Below are positions 24,500 to 37,586 of a stretch of 64,000 bases of DNA, piece by piece. Source of the stretch: Hypanus sabinus (taxonomy: Eukaryota); NCBI RefSeq assembly GCF_030144855.1, contig NC_082728.1, positions 7,688,001-7,752,000 of the forward strand, read 5' to 3'. The notes under the pieces are model-generated. The model made no database searches. It was given only the letters and a program-made list of their open reading frames with translations, and was not told where the DNA came from. Position numbers and translations under genes: made by a program. Position 1 is the first letter of the stretch, and every line of letters begins with the position of its first letter.

Positions 24500-26600
24500 C
24501 ATCTACGAAATTACATCTGCGTTGGGAGATTCCGACATTTACCAGCGCCTTCAACTATTCGCTGGTGGTCGACATGAAAATGAACGAGAAATGGTGACAG
24601 AAGAGCGGAGCCCTTGGCAGATTGTCAATTATATCTAATAATCAGTATCAATATACTGCATGAGCATTGAAAACCAGAAAATGATTTTATTTTTCACATT
24701 TAAAGTACGGATCCTGCTACTTGAGGATTCCTTCTTGTTCGCATCTTCTAGTTTATTAGCTGGCGAAAGTGGAGTTTGGCGTTTGTCCCGGGTCTGGGTT
24801 TCCCATCCAGTGATGCAGGCGACCTTTCACGTCATTGTGGGTATTTATGAAATATGTTACTCAGCCCTTAAAAATAGATCCCGCGATTCTCGTGCATTTA
24901 GACTTCATTAACACTTATCTATGTATCCACATTCCTTTCGAGCTAAACTCCCACATAATCCTTACGTAGACCCCCAATTTTCCCGGGACTCCCGTGGCAT
25001 CAGCCTTGGGTTAAAATCACGCACATATCCTATTCTGTGTTCTGGTCTCTTGCAGGCAAGAGCCCAGTTGTGTGTAAGTGTCCTACTGTCTCCTCCATCT
25101 GTCCTCTCCGGTGTCGGAATCGTCAGATCGCAGAACACGTGTGCGGCGGTGGCGTGATTCCCTCCTCCTCCTTAATCCCACTTCTCCCTCCCGTCACCTC
25201 GCTCGACAGAATCACTTTGTTCCCATTCACTTTGCTTCGAGCAGGCAAACTCCTCAGGCATCTGCTGCCCCGCGTCCCGAGGAGAAGCGACCAAACCCAA
25301 GCGCAGGCTGGGGTTTGAAGCAAATTGTTTTATCCCCCCAACCGCACCCTCGGCTTCTCTCCGCTGCGTGTTGTCTGCGGGTAGCAGTCGCTAAACGCTG
25401 ACCCACACCCAATTGCCGCTTCAGAGGGCGAACAAGACCGTGCGGTAACTTCATTGGCGAAGTCGTTTTGTGATCTCGAACAAGGTAAAGACTGGATTAC
25501 ATGTGCGGTAAGATTTGGTACTGTTTTAGTGTATTTTCACACACACGTGTTTCCTCCTGTCAGCATTAACCGGGTCCCTTTTACAATGAGTGGGCTATTA
25601 TGAGAGGGATTAATGATTTTTTTTGTTAAATAGTGAATTTCCCCGGGTCTCCCTGGTAAACTCCCAGTTATTCGCCCTGACCCGAACCAGTGTCCAACAT
25701 CAGGCCAACAACCTTCGTCAAGCGGTCGGTATCCCGTTAAGGTGTGGAAATTCTACCCAACCAGTCAACATTTCATCGGTAATCTGCCATATGTTTTACA
25801 TTACGTCTTCCTTAAATCGAATTTAAAAGATCTGCAAAAATGCGGATTCCTTGCCAACAGCAAATACGATAAAATCGATTACATCCTTTAATTGATACAA
25901 CAAAATTTTGCAGATTCATTGTCTGAAGTGTGCATTGTTAAATTTAATCAATCAAAGTATGCTTAATTTATAAAAGAAAACCTTTTTATGTAACTATATT
26001 AGGAGCCCTGTATGGAATTTTGAAATGATTAGGGTGATGCGGCGAATATTTAGGTTATTACAGTCACCAACAGATCGGCGATCGAGTGCTCTGGGAATAA
26101 CCACATGTTTAGTTCTCTGGAGAGATTTCGAGCGACCCATTTAACTAATCTCACGTTTCAATGGAACCACTGGGCAAAGGAGAAGCGTTCTGGTCGTTCA
26201 ACGTTGGCATTTATGTCTGTACGCCTTCTATTCGTTGCAATGCAAAGATTGCACTGATGAGTGTTTAAAAGCCTCTATAAATTAACAGCCCACCCCCATT
26301 CCCAGCCCTCCTTCGCTTTACTTTTCCAAACCCTCTGAAGCGCAACCGAATTATCGATAGATGTCGCGACTATCTAACCACCGCGACGCTAATTCGATTC
26401 CACTCCTACATTCGTCCCATCAACTCCCGACCAGTAATTCCAACGCGGTTGCCGGCGTTACAGGGACCTTACTGGATTACTGAGGCACCATTTCTGGGGA
26501 CGATTTGTTGCCGGTGTCTGGCCGTGGAGAGAGGTAATTGTTCTGGAATACAGCAAAGAAATCTTTGCCGAAACACGAAAGAGTACCTATAAGACATAAA
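24500..26600 (+). promoter_or_regulatory. CACNG5: CpG island, probable CACNG5 promoter
   Basis: Non-repetitive region with much higher CpG density than the CpG-depleted flanks; lies upstream of the CACNG5 coding exons. Confidence 0.65.
25100..25484 (+). other. CACNG5: Candidate non-coding first exon of CACNG5 (start approximate)
   Basis: Donor AAG|GTAAAG at 25484/25485; no ATG between 24924 and 25500; TAA at 25446 is in frame with the 61057 ATG if spliced. Confidence 0.45.
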
Positions 26601-27404
26601 ACGACCAATTAGAAACTGAGATTTATTAAATTTTTATCAGTCAGTAGTCACCTCCAGGAGGGTGAAGGCAGATTAAATGATAAAAATTTATCGATAAAAT
26701 TTATGATAAAAACGTTGTACCGCTGCTACTGTAAGTTAACAAAATTCTGGACACATGCCGGTGATAATAAACTTGATTCTGAATCTGAAAGAAAATCGGA
26801 CAAATACTTGAAAGGTACCAATTTCCAGAGCAGTGGAAAAGGAAGAGTTACCAGATTACTTTTAAAGAGCAAGCACCAGAACAATGGGCCAAAACAACTG
26901 TTTCTGTGCTGTTGTAACTTCCCATGGCTCCAACAAACGGAAGCCAGAAAGGGAAACAAAGGGTTAAGGTAAAGGCTGGATGGGAGTTGTCTGCCATACA
27001 GGATTTCTCACATTTTGATTTTCTCACTTTAAAACAAAACACATTGCTTGAGAGAGAAGACAAGATGTTGCTACCATTTGTGAATTGTTTGCCAATATAA
27101 ATACTTTTTTTAAAAAGCGAGCTTTGCAAAATGCTACAAACTCCCCCTTTGTACGCAGTGTGGTCTGGAGACTGGCTGGAAGGCTGAGACCCAGCTGTAG
27201 AGAATAAGTGAGTCCCTCATGTTGGAGGTAGAGTCCCTCTGGTATTGAAAGCAGTTCTCGGCCTGTGGGCCCTACTCAGCTTTCATAGATTATTCATTGT
27301 GATGCCCTCCCAGAGGGTGCATTATGTTTCAGTCCAAACCCAGGTAATTTGTGTGCAGCTGTGACAAATGTAATTCTAGCAAAAATCCCACAAAGCAGAT
27401 TACA

Positions 27405-27497
27405 ACATACGCAAAATGCTAGAGGAACTCAGCAGGTCAGACAGCATCCATGGAAATGAGTAAATCAATGTTTTGGGCTGAGACCCTTCATTAGGGT
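27405..27497 (-). mobile_element. Hammerhead cassette, degenerate
   Basis: AAAATGCTAGAGGAACTCAGCAGGTCAG...ATGTTTTGGGCTGAGACCCTTCATTAGG. Confidence 0.7.
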
Positions 27498-27499
27498 TG

Positions 27500-28130
27500 C
27501 TGATATAAACTTGCTTCATTGGTTAGGGCACCAAGTATAAAAGCTGACAGATCATGTTGCAATTGTATAAAACTTTAGTTATGTCACATTTGGAGTATGT
27601 GAGCAATTCTAGTCATCGTATTACAAGTAGGATGTAGAAGATTTGAAGAATGCAGAAGAGGTTCGCTAGGATGTTGTCCAGAGTCTGGACTGAAGAGTAT
27701 TAGCTAAAAGGAGAGGTTGGATAAACTTGGATTGTTTTCACTTGAGTGCGGGAGGCTGCAGGCAACCTTATAGAAAGCTGTAAAATTATGACAGGCGTAA
27801 ATAGGGTAGATGGTCAGAGTTTTTCCCCTTAGGGTAGAAATGTCAGATACTAGAGGCTACGGGATTAAGGTGAGGGGTGAGAAATTTAAAGGAGATTTGT
27901 GAGGCAAGTTTTTTTTACACAGGAAGTGGTAGATACCTCGAACCTGCTACAGGGCAAGAGGCATAAACAGATAGAGTAATGCTATTTAATAAGCAGTTTT
28001 ACACATTTTTACCTGCAGGGAATTGAGAGATATGAATCTTGTGTAGGCAGTTGTGATTAATTTAGATTAGCATTTTGGTTAACACAAGCACTGTGGACTG
28101 AAGGACTTGTTTCTATTTTGTATACTGATA
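27500..28130 (+). mobile_element. CR1 3' fragment
   Basis: Degraded ORF2 C-terminus and 3' UTR. Confidence 0.8.
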
Positions 28131-30558
28131 GAGTAATCTATATTGCTACTGTAATATCACCTTAAACTTATAGCTGCCAAGTGCAAATAGTAATCTTTAT
28201 TGTGTTATATTATCTTAGCCTTGAACAGACATTGCTGCTATCAAGATGTTTCATTATGAATTGCTTTAATTTTGTTTTGGCATTCCATTATTTTCTGGTA
28301 TATTAAAATAATTTCCTACCAGAATTTTTCCCACGAGTCCATCACATATTTCATGACATCCTTGGGATTGATGGAAAGGGCTTCCAGATTTGCTGATGAG
28401 TAACACCTGGTGATAAAATTGTGAATAAAAATTGTTCTACTGACCACGATATATCATATCCTATTTTAAAAAGTAATAGTTTAATATGGATGAGAGAAAG
28501 TTAGATGATGTTGCAGAGCTGTGGGAGTGGAGGAGTGGTGTTCACAAGGCAATAAGAGCACCAAATTAAGCCAATAGGACTTTATAAATATTTAACGATA
28601 ATGTTACAGGCTGCAACACTGGAATGTATTTCCTTGTTTAATGATTCAATCAGAATTAAATATCAAGAATATGGTTTAGATACCCTATCAAAGAATAAGG
28701 GGATTTAGGAATAGACCACAGCGAAACAGAACTAAATTAAGTGTTGACAAATTGTTTGGGAATGAATGGCCAGTCTGCATGTTGAACTTTCTTGAAATAT
28801 TGGGATTTATAGAATTATTTTAAAAAGTTGATATGGATCAGATTCAGACTTGCTTGTCACATGTATATTGAAATTTACAGTGAAAAGCATCGTTTGTGTT
28901 AACAAGCAACACAACGTAATGCTGTTGCCAATGTAGAACATTATTCTGCTCACAGTGCTCGGAAGAACAACACAAAACACAATAGGGAGACTTTTGTTAA
29001 TAGTAATTTTTGTTTAGATTTGTTATAATATTGGTGTTACTATAAATCTAAAATTTCAAACATCTGTAATAGTATGTGGATAAATAGCTAATTTTTTAAA
29101 CATTATTGTCTTTGATCATTATTGTTACATAAATCTGTTTACTAGAGTTGTACATCAGACAAGATTATCTCCGTAGAATTGGCATCTTCTAGCTTTCATT
29201 ATAAAGGAAGCTACTCATTACACTCAGAACATTTGTGAAAAGATTCAGCTAACTAACTTAATTTAAAGTATAGATAGGATATTGGACCATCTTGAACTTT
29301 ACAGTTCCACAACATACCAGTCAATGTAATAAGTAATCTCATCAGAAGGATCACAGAGTGATTTATGTGGGAAATACAGACACACTAAAAGCTGCTTTTT
29401 CTGGTTGAATATAATAGTGGAGAAGGAGAGAGAATTGAACTTCTGTTTCATTAACCTTCAGGGTATGTGATGCTGACAATGGATGACTAAAGTGAGACAA
29501 TGTCTCACTTTGCCATAAGTGACAAATGTCATCTCATCTGTAGAAAGCATCAGAAACAGAAATGTAGCATTTCAGTATCAGCCTTAAGCCAGCTAGCCAC
29601 CAAAACCTGACCCAGATCCAAGTTCATTGGCTTTAATTTCCTCATTCATCTGGAGCCCATTTTACAGAGTTTTCCATTCTGTGCTGCTCCTCTGATTCCG
29701 CAGGTGACATTTTGATGGTAATTTCCACTAGTTCAAAAGCAAGTGTGGGGTATTTGACTCTGAGCTTGTTTTATCAAAATACTGGCTGTTCTTAGGTTAC
29801 AAGATATGGAAGTAGAATTTAGGACATTTGGCCTATTGAACCTGCTCTGCTATTCGATCGTGGATGATTTATTTTCACTCTCAACCCCATTCTCATGCCT
29901 TCTCACCATCACATTTGACACCCTTAAATATACCCAATGACTTGGCCTCCACAGCTGTCCAGGACGATGAATTCCACAGGTTCACCAAAAAAATTTCCCT
30001 CCTGACCTCTGTTCTCTTCTCCCTCCACACATCTTCCTGCATTATCCCATATTCCCTGAATGTAGAAGTTTATCAATCTGTTTTCAACTCATTGACAGAG
30101 CCTTCACAGTTCTTGAGTGCAAACAATTCCAAAAGATGTATCTCATTCTGCATGAAGAAATCCCTCCTCATCTACATCCAAAATGGCCACATTGTATTCA
30201 AGTGTATTTTATATGTTAAAAGACAACCTATACACTAGTATGGTCCTATATAATTGAAGTACGGCTGACATGCTATTTGCAACCTGCATGTTGCCTTTTA
30301 GTGACTAGTGACAAAGATATCTAGTTCCCTTCTAACATAAGCATCACCCAATCTTTCACCATTTGAAAAACAATTTGTTTTTCTGTATTGGGCACCAGGC
30401 TGAACAACTTTATATTATAAAATCTTGTATCTGTCATGATTCTACCCATCTTGTAAAGCAGGGGATCATAACTTTTTTTTAAGCTTTGGACCTCTTTGGT
30501 AGTCCAGTGAAGCCTATGGACTCCTCTGGACATATTTATATGATATTTAAATATATAT

Positions 30559-30689
30559 NNNNNNNNNNNNNNNNNNNNNNNNNNNNNNNNNNNNNNNNNN
30601 NNNNNNNNNNNNNNNNNNNNNNNNNNNNNNNNNNNNNNNNNNNNNNNNNNNNNNNNNNNNNNNNNNNNNNNNNNNNNNNNNNNNNNNNN
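30559..30689. other. Assembly gap (N run) after (AT)n
   Basis: Run of N. Confidence 1.
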
Positions 30690-30787
30690 TAAATTTTTTC
30701 CCATCCGAGTTCACAGACTCCCAGGAATCTATCCATGGACACCTGGTCAAGAGCCCCTGCACTAAACTCTCTTTACATTCTCATCCT

Positions 30788-31577
30788 TTTTCTTTTTCTT
30801 TTTCAATCATTTTATTGAGTTTCATATAAATATAAAAAAAACATAACATAATAATGACTAGGTTATGAATACAATAGACTTAAGATTACATTAATAATAG
30901 GATAATGATATCCTATTAAACATCAACAACAAAAAAGTACATTAATCAATCAAGTCTATATAATTATATATGAAAAAAAAACAAAACTAATCATCAAAAG
31001 AAAAAGAAAAAAAAATTAGAGATGTGTGAAAGAAAATATATATATGAAACAAACACTAAACTAAAACTAACATGGGCAATAATAACAGTTTATAAGTATA
31101 TGATAGTGTCAAAGAACTCTGGAACTCCATACCTGAACAAGAATAAACAGAGAGAAGGTCTGGGAAAGGCCAAATTAATTCATATGAAAATGTTGGATGA
31201 ACGGTCCCCAAGTTTCTTCAAATTTAATTGACGAGTCAAAAATAGTGCTTCTAATTTTTTCCAAACTCAGATAAGAAATAGTTTGAAAAAGCCACTGAGA
31301 CGTGGTAGGAGGGTTTACTTCTTTCCAATTTTGTAATATAGACCTTCTGGCCATTAATGTTACAAAAGCAATCATTCGTCTGATTGAAGGAGAAAACTGA
31401 TTACCATCCTCATTTGGTATACCAAAGATTGCAGTAATAAAGTTAGGTTGTAAATCGATGTTCCAAATTGAGGAAATGGTAACGAATATGTCCTTCCAAT
31501 AATTATGTAAAGTGGGACATGACCAAAACATGTGGGTCAGTGAAGCCACTTCTAAATGACATCTATCACATTGAGGG
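30788..31577 (-). mobile_element. L1/Tx1-clade LINE, 5'-truncated
   Basis: ORF2 CCHC knuckle CDRC...HMFWSC with open frame to the stop; A-rich tail; AATAAA; 14-bp TSD TACATTCTCATCCT at 30774-30787 and 31578-31591. Confidence 0.9.
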
Positions 31578-32613
31578 TACATTCTCATCCTATGGACAAT
31601 CCTAGCAGTTTTGTACCATCGTCAAATTTCAATATTTGGCCACTTGACCAAATTGTCTAGGATTTAATAATGGCTGGAAAGAAATGTTCCCATTCGACCA
31701 TTTTCTTCTCATGCTGGTGGATTCCTAATGCCAAAACAAGCACTTCCATTCCACAGTTAGTGGATAAAGTAATTGGTGTCCATTGTTTTATTCTCTCTAT
31801 TGTTCTGCTCTTCTCCATTCTCCATCTATGACAGAACATGCCCTGATCAAGACAAACCTATTCTCGAGAAAGTGGTAGAATTTTTGAACCAAAGTAGAAT
31901 AAAACATTCACTACTACTCATTGTTTCCTGTTATTTAGCCAAATTTCTGTTCATGCTGTGACAGACCATTTTTGTTCCCTGGCTTTCTATCTTGCTGAGA
32001 AACCTATTATGTGGGACCGTATCATTTCCAATTACATCAGCTGCAATTCCCTTATCGACCCTCCACATTACATCATTAAATAACTGTATCAAGTTAGTAA
32101 GACACAATTTTCCTTAATTGTCAGGTGCTTAGAAATGCTTTACAGATTTGAAATCTATATTGCTTGAGTTAATTATCACAAGTACATCAAAATGTGACAT
32201 TTCCGTTAACAACCAACACAACCAGGATGTGCCGGGGGCAGCCCGCAAGTGTTGCCACACAATCCAACACCAACATAACATGCCCACAACGCTGGGCAGA
32301 ATGACACAGAAGACAAGAAGCAAAAACAGCAAAATAAATCCTGTTTCACACTCCTTCCCTATGTCCTTATGCAGCCCTCTAACCCCAGGACGGACCGCAG
32401 CCGGACGAACCACTCAGCTAGGCAATCTATTTCACTCTTGCATGCCTCCTTGTTGCCATCTAAGATTATGCCAGCAACAGTGGTGCCATTGGCAAATTTA
32501 TAGATGGTGTTTGAATTGTAATTAGCCACACAGTCATGATTGTAGAGAGAATAGACCACTGGGTTAAGCATGCTGCCTTGAGGTGTGCCAGTGCTGATTG
32601 TCAGCAAGGAACA

Positions 32614-32750
32614 AATGAGAAAATCTGCAGATGCTGGAAATCCAAGCAACACACACAGAAGTCCTGCCAAAGGGTTTTGGTCCAAAACGTCGACTGTACT
32701 TTTTTTCCATAGATGCTGCCTGGCCTGTTGAGTTCCTCCAGCATTTTAGC
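32614..32750. mobile_element. Hammerhead cassette insertion with an inverted tail segment
   Basis: 16-bp TSD TTGTCAGCAAGGAACA at 32598-32613 and 32751-32766. Confidence 0.75.
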
Positions 32751-33377
32751 TTGTCAGCAAGGAACAGATGTTATTGCTGATCCACATTGGCTGTGGTCTC
32801 CAAATGAGGAAGTTAGGGATCCAGTTGCAGAGGGAGGTACAACGGCCCAGGTTTTGAAACTTGTTTATTCATATTGAGGGGATAATAATGTTGAATGCTG
32901 AGCTGTAATCAATAAACAACAAGCTGCTGTATTTCGTGTGGCTCCAGAGCTGATGGGAGGAGGGGCCTAAATGCTAATTGCTGCTGCTTGTGCAAAGGGA
33001 GAGGGCAGGGCAGGGCTTCGGGCCTTGATGCTTCTATTGTTCTATGGGGTTTCTTTGTTTCATGGATGTCTGTGAAGAGGACGAATTTCAGGCTGTGTAC
33101 TGGATACATACTCTCTGAGATTAAATGTACTTTAAAACCTTCAAAACCTTGAATAGAGAGCCAGTGAGATTGCAACCACTGTAGATCTGTTGTGGCAGGA
33201 GGCAAATTACAGCAGGTCCAGGTCCTTACTCGTGCAGGAGTTAAATCAAGCCATGACCAACCTTGCAAAGCCCTTCATCACAGTAGCTGAGAGTGATACA
33301 GGGTGATAGACCTTGAAGCAGTTCACCCTGCTCTTCTTGCGCTCCAGTATGATTGAAACCCTTATGAAGCAGGTGGG

Positions 33378-34085
33378 ACAGACAGACAGACATACTTTAT
33401 TGATCCCGAGGGAAATTGGGTTTCGTTACAGCCGCACCAACCAAGAATAGTGAAGAAATATAGCAATATAAAACCACAAATTATTAAATAATAGTAAGTT
33501 AATCATGCCCAGTGGAAATAAGTCCAGGACCAGCCTATTGGCTCAGGATGTCTGACACTCCGAGGGAGGAGTTGTAAAGTTTGATGGCCACAGGTAGGAA
33601 TGACTTCCTATGACGCCAGTGTTGCATCTCGGTGGAATGAGTCTCTGGCTGAATGTACTCCTGTGCCTAACCAGTACATTATGGAGTGGATGGGAGTCAT
33701 TGTCCAAGATGGCATGCAACTTGGACGGCATCCTCTTTTCAGACACCACTGTCAGAGAGCCCAGTTCCACCCCCACAACATCACTGGCCTTATGATAAGT
33801 TTGTTGATTCTGTTGGTGTCTGCTACCCTCAGCCTGCTGCCCCAGCACACAACAGCAAACATGATAGCACTGGCCACCACAGACTCGTAGAACATTCTCA
33901 GCATCGTCCGGTAGATGTTAAAGGACCTCAGTCTCCTCAGGAAATAGAGATGGCTCTGACCCTTCTTGTAGACAGCCTCAGTGTTCTTTGACCAGTCCAG
34001 TTTATTGTCCATTTGTATCCCCAGGTATTTGTAATCCTCCACTATGTCCACACTGACCCCTTGGATGTAAACAGGGGTCACCGAC
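33378..34085 (-). mobile_element. Younger Rex1-like LINE 3' part nested in the older one
   Basis: VDIVEDYKYLGIQMDNKLDW...LYFLRRLRSF; (TCTG)n tail. Confidence 0.85.
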
Positions 34086-35939
34086 TCCTGTTCTGACGGC
34101 AGTGGTGAGAGGTTGAGGATGTCCTTGAACACTCCAGGTACGCCATCACAGTGTTTAAACGGTGTCCTGACAATGGGCTCTGAGACAGAGGTCACAGGGC
34201 CACCCAGTGATGTGGGGATTCGTGCAGGTGTAGTGTTATTCTCCCCATCAATACGTGCAGTAAAGGCATTGAGCTCATCAGGAAGTGAGTCATCACTGCC
34301 ATTTCTGCTGTTAGGTTTCGCCTTGTAGGACATAATGGTATGTAAACCCTCCCACAGCTGTCGTGCATCTGATTGTGTCTCTAACTTCTCGTGGAATTGA
34401 CTTTTCACTCTCAGTGAAAAGTTCTATGGGTGATACCTGGATTACTTATGGAGTTTTAGATCACCAGTCTTGAATAGCACAGATCTAGCCCTCAGCAAAA
34501 TGTGGACCTCCTGGTTCTTTCAAGACTTTTGGTTTAGACAGACACAGTATGTCCTCAAAGGTGCACACTGATCTGCACGGGTCTTGATGAAGTCGATGAT
34601 GGTAATGGCATTTTCATTCAGATCCGAGGATGTATTCCTGAATATGGTCCAGTCCACTGTTTGAAAGCAGTACTATGAATGTTCATCTGCCTCCCTTGAC
34701 CATACCTTCATGGTCTTCATCGCTGGTGCTGTTAACCTCAGTGTCTGCCTGTATGCCGGGGTTAATAGTGCAGGGCTGGTATGAAACAGTAAGCATTCCT
34801 GATGGTGGTGCAACAGTGGTAAAGTGTGTTGGCTCCCCTGATTCCACAGGTGACATTTTGATGGTAATTAGTCAGAGACTTCTTAATGTTGGTCTGGTTG
34901 AAGTCCCTCACAATGATCAGAAAATCATCAGGGTGTGTTGTCTTGGGATTGTTGATCACGGTGGTCAGTTCTTCCCTGTCAGCCTGATATTGGCCAGTGT
35001 TGGAAGGTAGACTGCAACCCGGATGATAGTGGAAAACTCCCTTGGCAGTTAGAAGAGACAGCACCTACTGCCAAATGTTTCAGGTCAGGGAAAGCGACGA
35101 GGATCATCACATGCATGCGCCATGATGAGTTAAGCATGAAGTTGTCATTGCAGCCTCTGCCTTTACCTGAATCTGCCTCATGGTGGGTGGTGAAACCCTT
35201 GGGCTAGAGTGCTGTGCCTGGAATGCTGGAAGTGAGCTACATCTCTGTGAAGCAAAGTACACAGCAGTCCCGGATTGTACTGCTGCCTTGATCTGAGGTC
35301 TTCAGTTTTATTTTCCAGAGGCTGTGCACATTAACCAGGAGGTTAGGTGGAGCATGGGTGGGGGATGGTGGGTGTGTGTTTCAGTTATACCTGGGCAGCC
35401 CACTTTCCTGAAACAACCTTTGCCTTGTATTTGCAGGATTATCATTGATCTGGTCACAGCCTTTGAGGAAGTTCATAGGTGGGTTTGTGGAGGTGTCATA
35501 AAATGCAGAGTAGATAATTTATTGCTTTTCTATTTGTCTGGTGTTTTCTTTAATTCATTGAAAAGACTAATTCAGTACTAATGCAGTGCAATTAAACATG
35601 ACCTTCAGAGACTGAATAATGGCTCCTCTAAATAAATTACTGTATCTTAATAATTTTTCTCTAAGAGTTTAGTGCTCCAAGCAGTCAGAAGCCATCATGT
35701 CAAAATCAATTATCTTTGTTATTCCTCTGTGCACCCTTTTTCAAAATGCATTTGTGACCTTTTTGAGTACACAGGGGTCAGAACTGGATGCTTTATTCTA
35801 GGCCTAATCTCACTGGTATTTCTGACAGTTAAAGTAGAAGGTGGCTTTATTCTAACATTTTCCTTAATGCATGGAGTGATAACTCATGGGGCTTTTTAAG
35901 CAGAGAGTCTGTTCCATTCAATGCTTAAAGCAGAAAAGT

Positions 35940-36381
35940 TCTTCAAGCAGATGAGGTTTATGAGAATTATCCCGGGAATGAAATGAAGTACTGTATTTGA
36001 TGGCTCTGAGTCTGTAGTTGCTGTAATTTAGAAGAGGGTGTATCTCATTGAAGCCTATCAAATATTGAAAGGCCTAGATTGAGTGGACATGGAAAGGAAG
36101 TTGCCAGCAATGGGGGAGTCCAGGACCAGAGGGCAAAACCTCAGAATTCAAGGACATCCCTTTTGAGGAGGAATTTCTGTAAGCAGAGGGTGGTAAATCT
36201 GTTGAATTCATGACCACAGGTGACTGTGGGGGTCAGGTCATTGGGTATATTTAAAGCAGAGGTAGATTCTTTGTTAGTAAGTTAGTAAGGACATCAAAGG
36301 TTATGAGGAGAAGGTAGGAGAATGTGGCTGAGAGGATTAATAAATCAGCAATGATGGAGTGTCAGAGCAGACTCAACGGGC
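35940..36381 (+). mobile_element. Older CR1 3' fragment; its last bases resume at about 40427-40470
   Basis: GCAGACTCAACGGGC | CGAAATGG...CCTATGTC is split by the younger CR1. Confidence 0.7.
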
Positions 36382-36520
36382 GGGAAAAGTTTATAAAGAA
36401 GACCGCCATATTCAGCGGGCAGCGGAATGAGAGGTAGCAGAGTGATAGGGTTTTGGATCAACGGGCTTAGGCAGTAAATAGGCAAGGTAGATTTACCTGT
36501 GTTAATTGCAGAAAGGAAGT

Positions 36521-37489
36521 ATGTGTGTGAGGCCAGTGTTCTGTGCTCAGTGTCAGATGTGGGAGGTCCTGGAGTCTCCCAGCCTCCCAGACGGCCACAT
36601 CTGCACCTGGTGTGTCAAGCTGCAGCTCCTAAGGGACCATGTTAAGGAACTGGAGTTGCAGCTCGATGACCTTCGACTGGTCAGGGAGAGCGAGGAGGTG
36701 ATAGAAAGGAGTTATAGGCAGGTGGTCACACCGGGCTTATAGGAGACAGACAAGTGGGTAACAGTCGGGAGATGGAAACGGAAGAGTCAGGTACTAGAGA
36801 GTACCCCTGTGGCTGTACCCCTTGACAATAAGTACTCCTGTTTGAGTACTGTTGGGGGGATGGCCTATCTGGGGGAAGCAACAGTGGCCATGCCTCTGGC
36901 ACAGAGTCTGGCTTTCTGGCTCAGACTCTGTAGGGAAAGGAAGAGGAAGGCAGTAGTGATAAGGGATTCAATAGTTAGGGGGTCAGACAGGCGATTCTGT
37001 GGATGCAGGAAAGAAACATGGAAGGTAATTTGCCTCCCAGATGTCAGGGTCTGGGATGTTTCAGATCGCGTCCACGATATCCTGCAGTGGGAGGGAGAAC
37101 AACTAGAGGTCATGGTACATATTGGTACCAATGACATAGGTAGGAAAAGGGAAGAGGTCCTGAAAAAAGACTACAGGGAGTTAGGAAGGAAGTTGAGAAG
37201 CAGGACTGCAAAGGTAGTAATCTCGGGATTACTGCGTGTGCCATGTGACAGTGAGAATAGGAATAGAATGAAGTGGAGGATAAATGCGTGGCTGAAGGAT
37301 TGGAGCAGGGGGCAGGGATTCAGATTTCTGGATTATTGGGACCTCTTTTGGGGCAGGTGTGACCTGTACAAAAAGGATGGGTTGCACTTGAATCCCATGG
37401 GGAGCCAATATCCTGGCGGGGAGGTTTGCTCAGGTTACTGGGGAGAGTTTAAACTAGAATTGTTGGGGGGGTGGTGGAAACTGAACTGA
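36521..37489 (+). pseudogene. CR1 ORF1 (zinc finger, coiled coil, SGNH/GDSL esterase)
   Basis: CAQC...CTWC; LRDHVKELELQLDDL; VIRDSIVR, VHIGTND, DGLHLN. Confidence 0.85.
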
Positions 37490-37586
37490 AGAGACTGGGG
37501 AAGAGGTGGTTGGCTCACAAATAAAGAAAGCTTGGAGATAGTGTGTGAGGGAGGATAGGCAGGTGATAGAGAAAGGATGTGCTCAG

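Larger units (their letters stand above)
32405..35340 (-). mobile_element. Rex1/Babar LINE (endonuclease and RT remnants) with nested insertions
   Basis: GTPQGSMLNP...YKFANGTT; DFNQTN; DARQLWEGL...LPDELNAF. Confidence 0.8.

Noticed and set aside
24921-25454. Overlapping short ORFs in the CpG island
   Set aside because: Expected in GC-rich DNA; mostly non-ATG starts and no recognisable protein
25502-25513. 12-mer TGTGCGGTAAGA identical to 61061-61072
   Set aside because: Many 12-mer matches are expected by chance in 64 kb, and it yields no in-frame splice product
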